64,000 nt of DNA from Pseudomonadota bacterium (GTDB taxonomy: Bacteria > Pseudomonadota > Gammaproteobacteria > Steroidobacterales > Steroidobacteraceae): the NCBI GenBank assembly GCA_021843755.1, contig JAKBWB010000065.1, positions 3,357 through 67,356 on the forward strand. Reading direction: 5' to 3'. The position numbers and the translations under genes are program-made. Of the stretch, positions 27,465 through 46,788 are shown one piece after another (position 1 is the first letter of the stretch; the number at the start of each line of letters is the position of its first letter). The notes under the pieces were generated by a model, which saw nothing but the letters and a program-made list of their open reading frames with translations, had not been told where the DNA came from and did not search any database.

Positions 27465-27974
27465 TCAAGAAGCCGCGGCGAGGCGGCGCGCGGACAGGAT
27501 CACCACATCCTCCATCGGCGCGTCCGTGTAGCCCTCGCGCCGGCCGGTACCGACAGCGGCGATCTTGTCGATGACCTGCATGCCGTCGGTCACCCGACCG
27601 AACACCGCGTAACCGAAATCCCGCGCGCTGTGATCGAGAAAGGCGTTGTCGGCGAGATTCACGAAGAACTGCGAGGTCGCGCTGTCCACCACGCTGGTGC
27701 GCGCCATTGAGAGCGTGCCGCGCAGGTTCTTCAGCCCGTTCTTCGCCTCGTTGCGGATCGCGGCGCGCGTCTGCTTGCTGCGGAAATTCCGGTCGAGCCC
27801 GCCGCCCTGGATCACGAAGCCCGGCACAATGCGATGAAAGATCGTGCCATCGAAGAATTCCGCATCCACATAGGCGAGAAAGTTCTCCACTGTCACCGGC
27901 GCCTCGTGCGGATACAGCTCGACGGTGTAGGCACCGTGGGTCGTCTCGAATCGAATCAGCGAATTGCCGGCCAT
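27465..27974 (-). CDS. ppiB: peptidyl-prolyl cis-trans isomerase, cyclophilin type
   Basis: 169 aa. FHRIVPGFVIQGGG, GTLSMARTS...SATSQFFVNL and FGYAVFGRV motifs. Confidence 0.9.
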   Translation of the reverse strand: MAGNSLIRFETTHGAYTVELYPHEAPVTVENFLAYVDAEFFDGTIFHRIVPGFVIQGGGLDRNFRSKQTRAAIRNEAKNGLKNLRGTLSMARTSVVDSATSQFFVNLADNAFLDHSARDFGYAVFGRVTDGMQVIDKIAAVGTGRREGYTDAPMEDVVILSARRLAAAS

Positions 27975-28837
27975 TGGCCCTCCGTCACACGCTCATGTCC
28001 CGCCAGATCGCGGTGGGTGCGCACTGTAACAAAGCCCCGGGCGGTCAGCGCGCCGGCGACCTGAGGTCCCTGCTCGGCGCCATGCTCCAGCAGCAGCCAT
28101 CCGCCCCCTTCCAGGAACCGCGGCGCATCGCCGATGATCTCGCGCAGGCAGGCGAGAGCATCGGGCCCTGGAGTGAGCGCCCGCCGCGGCTCATGTGCCA
28201 GCGCCGCGAGCGCCTCATCGGTCGCGGCCACATAGGGCGGATTGCTCACCACCAGGTCGAATCGGCACGCAGGCAGTGCCGCGAACCAGCTGCCTTGCGC
28301 GAATGTCACGCGCTCCAGGCCGAGCGCAATGGCGTTGGCGCGCGCCACCGACAGCGCCTCGCTCGAGATGTCCGTCGCACTGACCCGCCAGCCCGGACGC
28401 TCGTGCGCAAGTGCCAAGGCAATGGCGCCCGAGCCAGTGCCGAGATCGACAGCGCGCGCGCAAGCCTCCGGCCGCAAGGCAAGCGCGCGCTCCACGAGCA
28501 GCTCGGTCTCGGGTCGGGGCACGAGCACGGCGGAACTGACCGCGAGCTCGAGTGTCCAGAATGCCTTGTGCTCGAGCAGATACGCCACGGGCACCCCGGC
28601 TGCCCGGCGTGCAATCAGTGCTCTGAAGCGCTGCGCGGCTGGCTCGTGCGCCGGTTGCTCCGGATGTGAATACACGCACGTCCGCGAGATCCGCAAGGCG
28701 TGCGCGAGCAGCAGCTGCGCGTCCAGTTCCGGGGTCGCGCCCGGATCGGACGCGAGCGCTTCTTGCAGACGCCGCACGCCTTCGGCGCGCAACGCTCCGA
28801 CGGTCTGGATCGCAGACCGGATGGCGGTTCGTGTCAT
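27956..28837 (-). CDS. prmC: release factor glutamine N5-methyltransferase
   Basis: 293 aa. SAM motif AVDLGTGSGAIALA and catalytic VVSNPPY. The 3' end overlaps the PPIase start by 19 bp. Confidence 0.9.
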   Translation of the reverse strand: MTRTAIRSAIQTVGALRAEGVRRLQEALASDPGATPELDAQLLLAHALRISRTCVYSHPEQPAHEPAAQRFRALIARRAAGVPVAYLLEHKAFWTLELAVSSAVLVPRPETELLVERALALRPEACARAVDLGTGSGAIALALAHERPGWRVSATDISSEALSVARANAIALGLERVTFAQGSWFAALPACRFDLVVSNPPYVAATDEALAALAHEPRRALTPGPDALACLREIIGDAPRFLEGGGWLLLEHGAEQGPQVAGALTARGFVTVRTHRDLAGHERVTEGQWPAIR

Positions 28838-28851
28838 GAGACAGCTATCAT

Positions 28852-29655
28852 TTGCCGATGTCCATCACACTTTACCCCCCGGCGCGTCCCCGCACCTTCC
28901 CGGAACTGCTCGACGCCAGCCTGAAGATCTTCCGAGTGTCGCTGCCGAAGTGCATGCCGTACGCCACGATCGCCATCCTGTTCGGGGAGCTCTCCACCCT
29001 CTACGATCTCGCGCGCGGCCAGCTGCTCACGCCTCGCAGCGCCGTGAACGACCCCACGTGGATCACCCTCTATTGTGGCGGCTCCGTGCTCTTTTTCGTC
29101 GTCTGGATGGCCCTGCTGCTGCGCCAATCCGCCGTGGCCGCCGGGCGGCAGCCCGGCGCGCGGGACCTGCTCGAGGCGCTCAGGCAGGCTCCGGCCATCG
29201 TGGCGATCTCCCTGATCGCCAGCCTCGCCGTCGCGGTGCTCATCGTTCCGCCGCTCTCGCTCGCCGAGCCGTACCGCTCGATCGGCTTCGGGGCGATGCT
29301 CGTGCCGGCGATCTACCTGTTCGTCGCGTTCTCGCTCGCCCTGCCCGCCCGCATGCTCACCGGCAAAGGGATAGTACAGAGCCTGCTCTACAGCCTGCGG
29401 CTGGTGCACGGCAACTGGTGGCGGGCTGCCGTGATGTACATCACCGGGGCGGCGATCATCGCGGCGGTGTCCCTGCTCGTGGCGGTCATGGCGGCGCTGG
29501 TCCTGCCCAATCCCAGTCATGCCGACGCCGGCGCCCGCACGCTGCTGGTCGCAGTGGCACTGGCCGTCGCCGCGATGGGACTCAACTTCTACACGGCCAT
29601 CCTGCTGAGCGTATTCGGCGACCTCGAACTGCGCCGCGCCGATCATACCGGTTGA
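28852..29655 (+). CDS. hypothetical polytopic membrane protein (possibly YciC/UPF0259-like)
   Basis: 267 aa with about 6 hydrophobic segments. Coding-like composition and no competing ORF. Family assignment is only a weak impression. Confidence 0.55.
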   Translation: MPMSITLYPPARPRTFPELLDASLKIFRVSLPKCMPYATIAILFGELSTLYDLARGQLLTPRSAVNDPTWITLYCGGSVLFFVVWMALLLRQSAVAAGRQPGARDLLEALRQAPAIVAISLIASLAVAVLIVPPLSLAEPYRSIGFGAMLVPAIYLFVAFSLALPARMLTGKGIVQSLLYSLRLVHGNWWRAAVMYITGAAIIAAVSLLVAVMAALVLPNPSHADAGARTLLVAVALAVAAMGLNFYTAILLSVFGDLELRRADHTG

Positions 29656-29677
29656 GCCGGCGGCCAAACCCGGCGGC

Positions 29678-35342
<5,665 letters not shown>

Positions 35343-35450
35343 CTGTCATTCAAGAGTTGCACAAATCTTTAACTGTATCTTAATGCATTCATCCACCCCT
35401 GTAAATAAGACTTGAATTCAATGGGTTGAACGGTGATCCACCCACACGAC

Positions 35451-36386
35451 TCAGTGAATCAGCGCAGGCGCCTCGCCCGTGCCCGGGTGGGTAAACAGCG
35501 CATCAACGGCATCCGCGTCGAATCGGTACGGCCGACCGCAGAACTCACAGGTGACGGTCACAGCGCCCTGCTCCGCCAAGATGCTCCGGACTTCCTGCGC
35601 TCCGAGCGCGCGCAGCAGCGAGGTCACCCGGCCCTCACCGCAGCGACACTCGAAGACGACCGGGCTTGCGCGGAACAGCCGCACGTCATATGCCGGCAAC
35701 AAGCCGCCGAGCAAGGACTCGGCCGGCTGATCGAGCAGCACCGCCGACCCGAGCCGCGCCACGGCTCGCTGCGCCGCGGGCCACGCAGGGGACGACTGGA
35801 TGCGATCGGTGCCGGGCAACTTCTGCACCAGCAGGCCGGCGCAGCGCCCCGCATCACCCGCCAGACGCACGCGCGTCGGCAACTGCTCGGAGGCGTTGAA
35901 ATAGGCCTCCAGCGATTCGGCCAGCGACGCGCCCGCGAGCGGCACGATGCCCTGGTAGCGCAGGTTGTGCTCGTCCGCCTCGACGGTCACCGTGAAACGC
36001 CCGCCGCCGCCGGTCAGCATCCGGAATCCCTCGCCTCGGGCCAGCTCGCCCGGGATCGTCGCCGCAAGCGCTTGATCATGGTGCGCGATGGCGCGCACAC
36101 GAAACTGATGCGTGCATTGGGCCACCATCAGGCGGACCGCACCCTCGCCGTTCAGTTGCAGAGTCAGCCGGCCCTGGAACTTCAGCGTCGCCGCCAGGAG
36201 GACCGACGCGGCCACCGCCTCGCCAAGCAGCGCCCGCACCGCGGGCGGGTATTCACCATTGGCACACAGCTCACGCCAAGCCGCGCCCAAACGCACCCAT
36301 TGGCCGCGCACGGACTGGTTCTCGACGACGAAACGGCGCACTGCATCATAACCGGAGTCGGCATCCATGCCCCCAGGATGGGGCAT
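35451..36386 (-). CDS. hslO: redox-regulated chaperone Hsp33
   Basis: 311 aa. C-terminal zinc centre CRCGEGRV...(24 aa)...CEFCGRPYRF. N-terminal VRGQWVRL motif. Confidence 0.9.
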   Translation of the reverse strand: MPHPGGMDADSGYDAVRRFVVENQSVRGQWVRLGAAWRELCANGEYPPAVRALLGEAVAASVLLAATLKFQGRLTLQLNGEGAVRLMVAQCTHQFRVRAIAHHDQALAATIPGELARGEGFRMLTGGGGRFTVTVEADEHNLRYQGIVPLAGASLAESLEAYFNASEQLPTRVRLAGDAGRCAGLLVQKLPGTDRIQSSPAWPAAQRAVARLGSAVLLDQPAESLLGGLLPAYDVRLFRASPVVFECRCGEGRVTSLLRALGAQEVRSILAEQGAVTVTCEFCGRPYRFDADAVDALFTHPGTGEAPALIH

Positions 36387-36399
36387 CCGCCCCGGCGAC

Positions 36400-37890
36400 T
36401 CAACCCGGAAGCTTCTTTTTCAGCAGAGCGTTGAGCTGAGCCGGATTCGCCTTGCCCTGCGTCGCCTTCATCACCTGGCCGACGAAGAAACCGAACAGCT
36501 TGTCTTTCCCGGCGCGGAATTCGGCGAGCTGGGCCGGATGGTGGGCCATGACGTCTTCAATGGCGCGCTCGATCGCTCCGGTGTCGGTGATCTGCTGCAG
36601 CCCCTTCGAAGCAATGACGTCGTCGGCACTTGTCCCGCTCGCCCACATCACCTCGAACACTTCCTTGGCGATCTTGCCGGAAATCGTCCCATCCGCGATG
36701 CGCGCCAGCAGGCCGGCCAGGCGCTCGGCGGGAAGCTTGCCGGCGCCGATCTCGAGTCCGTCCTTGTGCAGCGCCGCGGCGAGTTCGCCCATGACCCAGT
36801 TCGCCGCCAGCTTTGACTGCCCGGGCACTGCGCGGGTTACGGCCTCGTAATAATCGGCGAGTTCGCGGCTCGCAGTCAGCACTCCCGCGTCGTAGTCCGA
36901 CAGGCCGTACTGCGCGCTGAAGCGCGCCGCCTTCGCATCGGGCAGCTCGGGCAGCTCGGCGCGCACGGCCTCGATATACGCGGCCTCGAGCTCGAGCGGC
37001 AGCAGATCCGGATCGGGGAAGTAACGGTAATCGTTGGCCTCCTCCTTCGAGCGCATCGAGCGCGTCTCGCCCCTGTCCGGATCGAACAGGCGCGTTTCCT
37101 GAATCACCTTGCCGCCGGACTCGATCAGCTCGATCTGACGAGCGACCTCGTACTGGATCGCCTTCTCCACATAGCGGAACGAATTGACGTTCTTGATCTC
37201 GGTGCGGGTTCCGAGCTTCTCCGACCCCGCCGGCCGCACCGAGACATTGGCGTCGCAGCGGAACGAGCCCTCCTGCATGTTCCCGTCGCAGATCTCGAGA
37301 TAGCGTACCAGCGTGTGCACCTTCTTCATGTAGGCGACGGCCTCCCGGGCCGAGCGCATCTGAGGCTCCGACACGATCTCCAGCAGCGGCGTCCCGGCGC
37401 GATTCAAATCGATGCCGGTCAGGCCCGCGAGGCCCTCATGCAGCGACTTGCCCGCATCTTCCTCCAGGTGCGCGCGCGTCACTCCGATGCGCTTGCGCGA
37501 GCCGTCCTCGAGCACGATCTCGAGGGTTCCCCCCGCCACGATCGGCAGCTCGTACTGGCTGATCTGGTAGCCCTTCGGCAGGTCCGGGTAGAAGTAGTTC
37601 TTGCGCGCGAATACCGACTGGCGCGCGATCTGCGCGCCGATGGCGAGCCCGAAGCGCACCGCCATCCGCACCGCCTCGGCGTTGAGCACGGGCAGCACGC
37701 CCGGATAGCCGAGATCGACCAGGCAAGCCTGGGTGTTGGGCGGAGCGCCATAGGCCGTCGCGGCACCGGAGAAGATCTTCGAGCGCGTGGCCAGCTGGGC
37801 ATGGATCTCCAGCCCGATCACCGTTTCCCATGCGCCGCCCTGCCGCGTTCCCGCGTCCGCCGAGACCGGCGTTCCGAGGTGGGTATTCAT
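36400..37890 (-). CDS. gatB: Asp/Glu-tRNA amidotransferase subunit B
   Basis: 496 aa. [28 protein letters not shown] and RCDANVSVR motifs. Confidence 0.95.
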   Translation of the reverse strand: MNTHLGTPVSADAGTRQGGAWETVIGLEIHAQLATRSKIFSGAATAYGAPPNTQACLVDLGYPGVLPVLNAEAVRMAVRFGLAIGAQIARQSVFARKNYFYPDLPKGYQISQYELPIVAGGTLEIVLEDGSRKRIGVTRAHLEEDAGKSLHEGLAGLTGIDLNRAGTPLLEIVSEPQMRSAREAVAYMKKVHTLVRYLEICDGNMQEGSFRCDANVSVRPAGSEKLGTRTEIKNVNSFRYVEKAIQYEVARQIELIESGGKVIQETRLFDPDRGETRSMRSKEEANDYRYFPDPDLLPLELEAAYIEAVRAELPELPDAKAARFSAQYGLSDYDAGVLTASRELADYYEAVTRAVPGQSKLAANWVMGELAAALHKDGLEIGAGKLPAERLAGLLARIADGTISGKIAKEVFEVMWASGTSADDVIASKGLQQITDTGAIERAIEDVMAHHPAQLAEFRAGKDKLFGFFVGQVMKATQGKANPAQLNALLKKKLPG

Positions 37891-37948
37891 CGAGGAATCC
37901 CCGCGCGCCGGCCGCCGGTGTCCACCCCAGTCGCTCCAGACGAACGTG

Positions 37949-40890
<2,942 letters not shown>

Positions 40891-40902
40891 CCCGCGCGCG
40901 CC

Positions 40903-41925
40903 GTGGCCGGTTTCGGCACCCGGAGCGGATCACCGCATGGCCGCGGGGGCATCCCCGGCTTTCGCTTCACGCTCTACGCCCTGGCTTCCGTCGCGCTCAT
41001 GGTGCTCGATCAGCGCACGGATTGGCTGCGTCACATCCGCTTCTTGTCGCAGGGGCTCGCGTATCCGATCGAAGTCGCGGTGAACTCCCCGATTGCCGCG
41101 TGGCGTTCGATCGAGAGTTCGTTCGCATCGCGCCGCGAGCTCGAGGCCGAGAATCGGCACCTGCGCACGCAAGTGCGCAATCTGAAGATACGCACCTTGC
41201 GCTTCGATGCCCTTGCGCAGGAGAACGCCGCGCTGATCGGCCTGAAGAAGGCGCTGCCGCCGGTCGCCGAGCGCTGGCTGCCGGCCGACATCGTCGATAT
41301 CCAGCTCAGCCGGTTGCGCCAGCGGATCCTGATCGACCGCGGCACGGTCAACGGTGTCTTCCGCAATCAGGCGGTACTCGATGACTACGGCATCGTCGGG
41401 CAGACCATGCAGGTCGGCCCCTGGAGCGCCACGGTACTGCTGATCACCGATCCGGACAGTGACCTGCCGGTGCAGATCGAGCGTACCGGACTGCGCACCA
41501 TCGCCGTCGGCACCGGTGATCCGGATACGATCGCGCTGCCCTACCTGCCGGCGAACGCCGACGTCCGGGTGGGCGACGTGCTCGTGACCTCGGGCCTCGG
41601 CGGAGTCTTCCCCGCCGGGTATCCGGTGGCCCGGGTGAGCCGCATACAGCGCGGCGCGGTCCAGCCGATGAGCCAGGTGCTGGCGACACCGTTCGCGCAC
41701 CTGCAGACGGACCGTGAAGTGATGTTGCTCTGGTTCCGTCACGACTCACCGGCGGCGCCGCTGCGTGAGAGCGGCGGACAGCTGCGCGTGGGTACCCCGG
41801 GCGCGCAGCCGCTGCCGGCGCCGCCGCGGCCGGCCTCGACGGCTGCACCCGCCACAGGCAAGCGCGGCGCGCAAACGCCGCCGACCGCCCCACCCGCCGG
41901 GCCGGTGCAACGGCCTCATCCATGA
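40903..41925 (+). CDS. mreC: rod shape-determining protein MreC
   Basis: 340 aa. N-terminal TM segment, coiled coil (ELEAENRHLRTQVRNL), and GDVLVTSGLGGVFPAGYPVARV. Pro/Ala-rich tail. Confidence 0.9.
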   Translation: MAGFGTRSGSPHGRGGIPGFRFTLYALASVALMVLDQRTDWLRHIRFLSQGLAYPIEVAVNSPIAAWRSIESSFASRRELEAENRHLRTQVRNLKIRTLRFDALAQENAALIGLKKALPPVAERWLPADIVDIQLSRLRQRILIDRGTVNGVFRNQAVLDDYGIVGQTMQVGPWSATVLLITDPDSDLPVQIERTGLRTIAVGTGDPDTIALPYLPANADVRVGDVLVTSGLGGVFPAGYPVARVSRIQRGAVQPMSQVLATPFAHLQTDREVMLLWFRHDSPAAPLRESGGQLRVGTPGAQPLPAPPRPASTAAPATGKRGAQTPPTAPPAGPVQRPHP

Positions 41926-42395
41926 GCACCTCCCCGCGCATGGCGATATTCAAATCGGTGCTGATCGCACTGATTCTGACGCTGGTGCCGTTGCCCGCGT
42001 GGCTGGCGATCATCCGGCCCGACTTCGTGGTCCTGGCCGTCCTCTATTGGTCGATCCAGGCGCCGCGCATCGGTGGGATCGGCCTCGGCTGGATGTGCGG
42101 ACTGATTCTCGATGTCTTCCAGGGATCGGTTCTGGGCGAGCACGCGCTCGCCGTGGCCCTGGTTGCCTATCTTGGCATTCGCGAGCATCAGCGCATCCGC
42201 ACCAAGCCCCTCCTGCAGCAGTCGCTGGCGGTGCTGGCGGTGCTGGCACTGTATGAATTCGTGTTGTGGGCCATCGACGGCTGGAGCGGACATCCGCTGA
42301 ACACCGCTTTGCGCTGGGTGCCGGCTCTCACCGGCGCATTGCTCTGGCCGGTCGTCGCGCCGCTTCTGGCCCGCTCCTACCGCCCCCGCGGCTGA
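41922..42395 (+). CDS. mreD: rod shape-determining protein MreD
   Basis: 157-aa hydrophobic protein. ATGA overlap with mreC. Conserved position. Confidence 0.85.
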   Translation: MSTSPRMAIFKSVLIALILTLVPLPAWLAIIRPDFVVLAVLYWSIQAPRIGGIGLGWMCGLILDVFQGSVLGEHALAVALVAYLGIREHQRIRTKPLLQQSLAVLAVLALYEFVLWAIDGWSGHPLNTALRWVPALTGALLWPVVAPLLARSYRPRG

Positions 42396-42411
42396 CGGCC
42401 GCCGCTCCGGA

Positions 42412-44400
42412 ATGTCCCCCGTCCGCATCAAGGATAATTGGCGCGAGCAGCGGATATTCGTGCGCCGCGTGTGGTTTGTCACGGCCTTGATGGTGGTCGC
42501 GGCCATCGCCGTGTTCGCGCGGCTGTACTACCTGCAGGTGATGCGCCAGCACTACTACGAAGACTTATCGGTCGCCAACGGCGTGCGCACCGTGCCGATC
42601 CCGGCCGCCCGCGGCCTGATCGTGGACCGCGACGGGCAGATCATGGCCTCGAATCGGCCGACCTTCGAACTGGAACTCACGCCCGATGAGGTACCGGATC
42701 TGCGCGGCTCGCTCCAGCGTCTGGCCAAGCTCGCGCTGGTGCGTGAGAGCGACATCCCGGAACTGATCCGCGCGATCAAATCGCAGCTCAGCTTTGATCC
42801 AGTGCCGATCCGCGTCCAGCTGTCGGAATCGCAGGTGGCGCGCTTCGCGGTGCGCCGCTTCGAATTTCCGGGCATCAATATCACCCCGCAGCAATCTCGC
42901 TGGTATCCGCTCAAGAACCTCGGGGTGTTCGCGGTCGGCTACGTGGGCCCGATCAGCGCCAGCGAGCTCGCGCACATCAATCAGGCCGCCTATGCCGGCA
43001 CCGCGCTGATCGGCAAGTCCGGCATCGAGGCGCAATACGAGCAGGTCCTGCACGGGACCAACGGCTATCGGCAGGTTCTGGTCAACGCCCTCGGCCGCGA
43101 GGTGCGCCGGCCGGGCGTGCTCGCCCGCCAGCTGCACGAGAAGCCGCCCGTGCCGGGCGATGACGTCATTGTCTCGCTCGACCTGAAAATCCAGCGGTTG
43201 GCCGAAAAGCTGCTCAAGGGGCAGGACGGTGCGGTGGTGGCGCTCAATCCCTGGAACGGCAACGTCATCGCCCTGGCGAGCTCCCCGACGTTCAACCCCA
43301 ACCTCTTCGCCCGCGGAATCAGCGAGAAGCAGTACCTGGCGCTGGTGAACAATCCCGACAATCCGCTGTTCGACCGGGCCCTGCGCTCACAGCTGCCCAT
43401 CGGCTCGACGATCAAGCCGGCGATCGCCCTCGGGGCTCTGACCGACGGGGTGCTCAATCCCACCAAGCGGATCTATGCCGGCTCCGACTGGCACCTGCCC
43501 GGGAGCGACCACATGTTCCACAACTACAAGCACGAGGTCTGCGGCCGGATCGGCCTGAACATGGCCATCATCATGTCGTGCGATGTGTACTTCTACCAAG
43601 TGGCGTACAAGATGGGCATCGAGCGGCTCGGAGCCTGGCTGCCGAACTTCGGGTTCGGCAAACCGACCGGTATCGACATCCCCGGCGAGCAATCCGGGCT
43701 CGTCCCCACACCGGCGTGGATGGCGAAGCACTATCCGCACCGCTACGGCTGGTACCCGGGAGACACGGTGATTCTCGGAATCGGCCAGGGGTCGTTCCTG
43801 GCGACGCCGCTGCAGCTCGCACACTACGCCGGCATACTCGCCACTCGCGGCCTGAGCTTCCAGCCACGCCTTGCGACGGGTCTGCGCAACCCGCTCACGC
43901 ACAAGATCCACTGGAAACGACCCGTCCTCGACGGCAATCTCACCATGATCAGCCGCAGTTCGTGGCAGGTGGTCATCAAGGCCATGCACGGGGTGACCAC
44001 CAATCCGCGCGGCACGGCCTACTGGGACATGATCAACGCCACCTATCCCATCGCCGCCAAGACCGGCACCGCGCAATTGACGCGCGAAGAGGCAAACGGC
44101 GACTACAATTTGAAGGCAACGCCCAAGAAACTGCGTGACGACTCCTGGTTCATCGCCTTTGCGCCCCTGCCCAAGCCGCGGATCGCGGTTGCCGTGCTGG
44201 TCGAGCATGCCGGCGCGGGCGCGCGGGCCGCGGGGCCGATTGCCATGAAGATCATGAATGCCTATCTGTTGGGCCCGAACGGCAAGCTGCTGCCGGCCAC
44301 ACCCCGTGCGCGCTATTCCATGCCGCGCGACATCGCACCGCGCGTCGATGCGGGCGTCGATCCGACGCTGACCGCGATGGAGCGCGCCGCCCAACCATGA
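42412..44400 (+). CDS. mrdA: penicillin-binding protein 2 (elongasome transpeptidase)
   Basis: 662 aa. SxxK (GSTIKP), SxD (SCDV) and KTG (KTGTA) motifs. Confidence 0.95.
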   Translation: MSPVRIKDNWREQRIFVRRVWFVTALMVVAAIAVFARLYYLQVMRQHYYEDLSVANGVRTVPIPAARGLIVDRDGQIMASNRPTFELELTPDEVPDLRGSLQRLAKLALVRESDIPELIRAIKSQLSFDPVPIRVQLSESQVARFAVRRFEFPGINITPQQSRWYPLKNLGVFAVGYVGPISASELAHINQAAYAGTALIGKSGIEAQYEQVLHGTNGYRQVLVNALGREVRRPGVLARQLHEKPPVPGDDVIVSLDLKIQRLAEKLLKGQDGAVVALNPWNGNVIALASSPTFNPNLFARGISEKQYLALVNNPDNPLFDRALRSQLPIGSTIKPAIALGALTDGVLNPTKRIYAGSDWHLPGSDHMFHNYKHEVCGRIGLNMAIIMSCDVYFYQVAYKMGIERLGAWLPNFGFGKPTGIDIPGEQSGLVPTPAWMAKHYPHRYGWYPGDTVILGIGQGSFLATPLQLAHYAGILATRGLSFQPRLATGLRNPLTHKIHWKRPVLDGNLTMISRSSWQVVIKAMHGVTTNPRGTAYWDMINATYPIAAKTGTAQLTREEANGDYNLKATPKKLRDDSWFIAFAPLPKPRIAVAVLVEHAGAGARAAGPIAMKIMNAYLLGPNGKLLPATPRARYSMPRDIAPRVDAGVDPTLTAMERAAQP

Positions 44401-45533
44401 TGCGCCAGGCGATCGCGACCGGGTCGTCCGCGCGCCGCACACTGAGCGGCGCGGCACGGGTGCTGCTTGCACTGAAGCTCGACGGTCCGCTCACGTTCGG
44501 TCTGGGGCTGACCGCCGCCTACGGCCTGCTCGTTCTATTCAGCGCCTCGGGCGGCAACGTCCGGATGCTCATCGGCACCGTGCTGCGCTTGGCCTTGGGG
44601 ATCGCCGTCATGTTGGCGCTGGCGAGACTCAGCCCCAATCTTCTGCGCCGCGCGTCACCCTGGCTCTACGGCCTCGGCATCCTGCTCCTGCTGGCCGTGG
44701 CGGCCGTTGGGCACGTTCACCTTGGCGCCAAGCGCTGGCTCGAGCTTGGGCCCGTACAGTTCCAGCCCTCGGAGCTGCTCAAGGTCGCCGTGCCGATGAT
44801 GTGCGCCTGGTACCTGCACGAGCGCGCCTTGCCGCCGCGCTGGCGGGATCTGGGCGTACTCGGAGTGATCATCCTGGTGCCGGTGGCGCTGGTCGCCAAG
44901 GAGCCTGACCTCGGCACAGCCGCCCTGATCGCGGCCGCCGGCGCCGTGGTGATCTTCCTTTCCGGGCTGCGCGCGCGGGTGGTCATCGCGCTGCTGCTGC
45001 TGGTCGTTGCCGCCTTCGCGCTCGGCCTGCGCTTCATGCACGGCTATCAGCGCGCCCGCCTGCTCACATTCCTCGATCCGCAGGCCCATCCGCTCAGCTC
45101 CGGCTACCACATCATCCAGTCACAGATCGCGGTCGGCTCGGGCGGGATGTTCGGCAAGGGCTGGATGGCCGGCAGTCAGGCACGACTCGACTTCCTTCCT
45201 GAGCGGACCACGGATTTCATCTTTGCCGTGGTGGGCGAGGAATTCGGGCTGCTCGGTCTGGCGGTGCTGCTGCTGCTGTACACGTTCGTCATCGGCCGCT
45301 CTCTCTACCTCGCCATGCAATGTCCCGATACCTTCTCGCGCCTGCTCGGCGGCGCAATTGCCGTGACGTTCTTCATTTACGTGTTCATCAACGCCGGGAT
45401 GGTCACGGGCCTCGTACCGGTAGTAGGCGTGCCGTTACCGTTGGTCAGCTACGGCGGCAGTTCGATAGTGACGGAGCTGTCAGGTTTCGGTATCCTCATG
45501 TCGTTGTTCTCGCATCGGAAGCTGATGGGCTAA
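44397..45533 (+). CDS. rodA: peptidoglycan glycosyltransferase RodA (SEDS family)
   Basis: 378-aa polytopic protein. DFIFAVVGEEFGLLG and PLPLVSYGGSS motifs. ATGA overlap with mrdA. Confidence 0.95.
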   Translation: MMRQAIATGSSARRTLSGAARVLLALKLDGPLTFGLGLTAAYGLLVLFSASGGNVRMLIGTVLRLALGIAVMLALARLSPNLLRRASPWLYGLGILLLLAVAAVGHVHLGAKRWLELGPVQFQPSELLKVAVPMMCAWYLHERALPPRWRDLGVLGVIILVPVALVAKEPDLGTAALIAAAGAVVIFLSGLRARVVIALLLLVVAAFALGLRFMHGYQRARLLTFLDPQAHPLSSGYHIIQSQIAVGSGGMFGKGWMAGSQARLDFLPERTTDFIFAVVGEEFGLLGLAVLLLLYTFVIGRSLYLAMQCPDTFSRLLGGAIAVTFFIYVFINAGMVTGLVPVVGVPLPLVSYGGSSIVTELSGFGILMSLFSHRKLMG

Positions 45534-45723
45534 GGAGCCTGCCGAACCCATGATGCGCCTGCCGAGGCCGTCCCCCACCGGCATCTTTCCCCGATCGTTT
45601 CCGCCGCATCGTTCCCACCATGCGCCGAAGGCGATCGGGCCTGGTCTCGTTAGAGCGGGCCGGCCGCTGCGGGCGACGCTCGCGGGCGCGCTCATCGGCC
45701 CGACAGACTCCGGGAGCGTTCAC

Positions 45724-46788
45724 GTGTCGCGATTCACTCTGCTCGGTCTGCTCGCTCTGTTCGCCTGCGCCGTACTCGCGCGGCCCGCCGCCGCCGCGTG
45801 CGCCGGCGGCTCGTTCCCTCGTCCCGAACTCGCGCGCTTCGCCACCCGTGTGGCCAAGCGCGACAGCCTGCAGCGGCAAAAGGTGCTCGCCGTGCTCGAG
45901 CAGGCCTGCCGCGAACCGAGCATCGTCACATTGATGAACCGGCCGCCCGAGCAGGTGCTGCACTGGTGGCAGTACCGGCGGATCTTCATGACCCCCAAGC
46001 GCATCGAGGAGGGCGCCGCCTTCTGGCGCGCGCACGCCGCGGCGCTCGAGCGCATCGGCGCCGAGCAGGGGGTCGCGCCGCGCTACATCGTGGCCATTCT
46101 CGGGGTGGAGACCTTCTACGGGCACATCACCGGCTCGTTCCGCGTGCTCGATGCCCTCGCCACCCTGACATTCGATTATCCGGCGCGCAGCCGCTTCTTC
46201 GGCCAGGAACTCGCACAGTTCCTGCTGCTCACGCACCGCTACGGATTGGATCCTCTCACGGTCCGCGGCTCCTACGCCGGCGCGATGGGGCCGCTGCAAT
46301 TCATTCCATCGTCCTATCTGCGCTATGCCGTCAGCACCGACGGCCAGGCGCCGAACCTGTTCACCGACTGGGACGATATTTTCGCCAGCATCGCCCACTA
46401 CCTGCATGCCAACGGCTGGCAGCCCGGAGGCCCGGTCCTGGCTCGGGTGCGCATCGAGCCGGGGGCGACCTTCCAGGTCGATCCCGACACTCTGGCGCTC
46501 GATCGGACGATCGGCGGGTTGGCCGCCCAGGGCGTGCAGGTGGAAAGCGCCGCGCCGCCGAACACGCCCGTGGCGCTGCTGCTGGCCGGGCGGCGAACCG
46601 GTCCGATCTACCGGGCCGGCTTCAATAACTTCCGGGTGCTGCTGACGTACAATTCCAGCAAGCTCTACGCCATGGCCGTCAATGACTTGGCCCAGGCGAT
46701 CGCACGGCGTGTCGCCACCGAGAACGGCGCGCGGCGGGCCGATGTGGCGATACCCCAGCCCACCGAATCGGGGGTCGCCAGGCAGTGA
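45724..46788 (+). CDS. mltB: lytic murein transglycosylase B
   Basis: ILGVETFYG and GSYAGAMGPLQFIPSSY motifs. The likely GTG start at 45724 gives the signal peptide VSRFTLLGLLALFACAVLARPAAA. The track ORF begins at 45550. Confidence 0.85.
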   Translation: MSRFTLLGLLALFACAVLARPAAAACAGGSFPRPELARFATRVAKRDSLQRQKVLAVLEQACREPSIVTLMNRPPEQVLHWWQYRRIFMTPKRIEEGAAFWRAHAAALERIGAEQGVAPRYIVAILGVETFYGHITGSFRVLDALATLTFDYPARSRFFGQELAQFLLLTHRYGLDPLTVRGSYAGAMGPLQFIPSSYLRYAVSTDGQAPNLFTDWDDIFASIAHYLHANGWQPGGPVLARVRIEPGATFQVDPDTLALDRTIGGLAAQGVQVESAAPPNTPVALLLAGRRTGPIYRAGFNNFRVLLTYNSSKLYAMAVNDLAQAIARRVATENGARRADVAIPQPTESGVARQ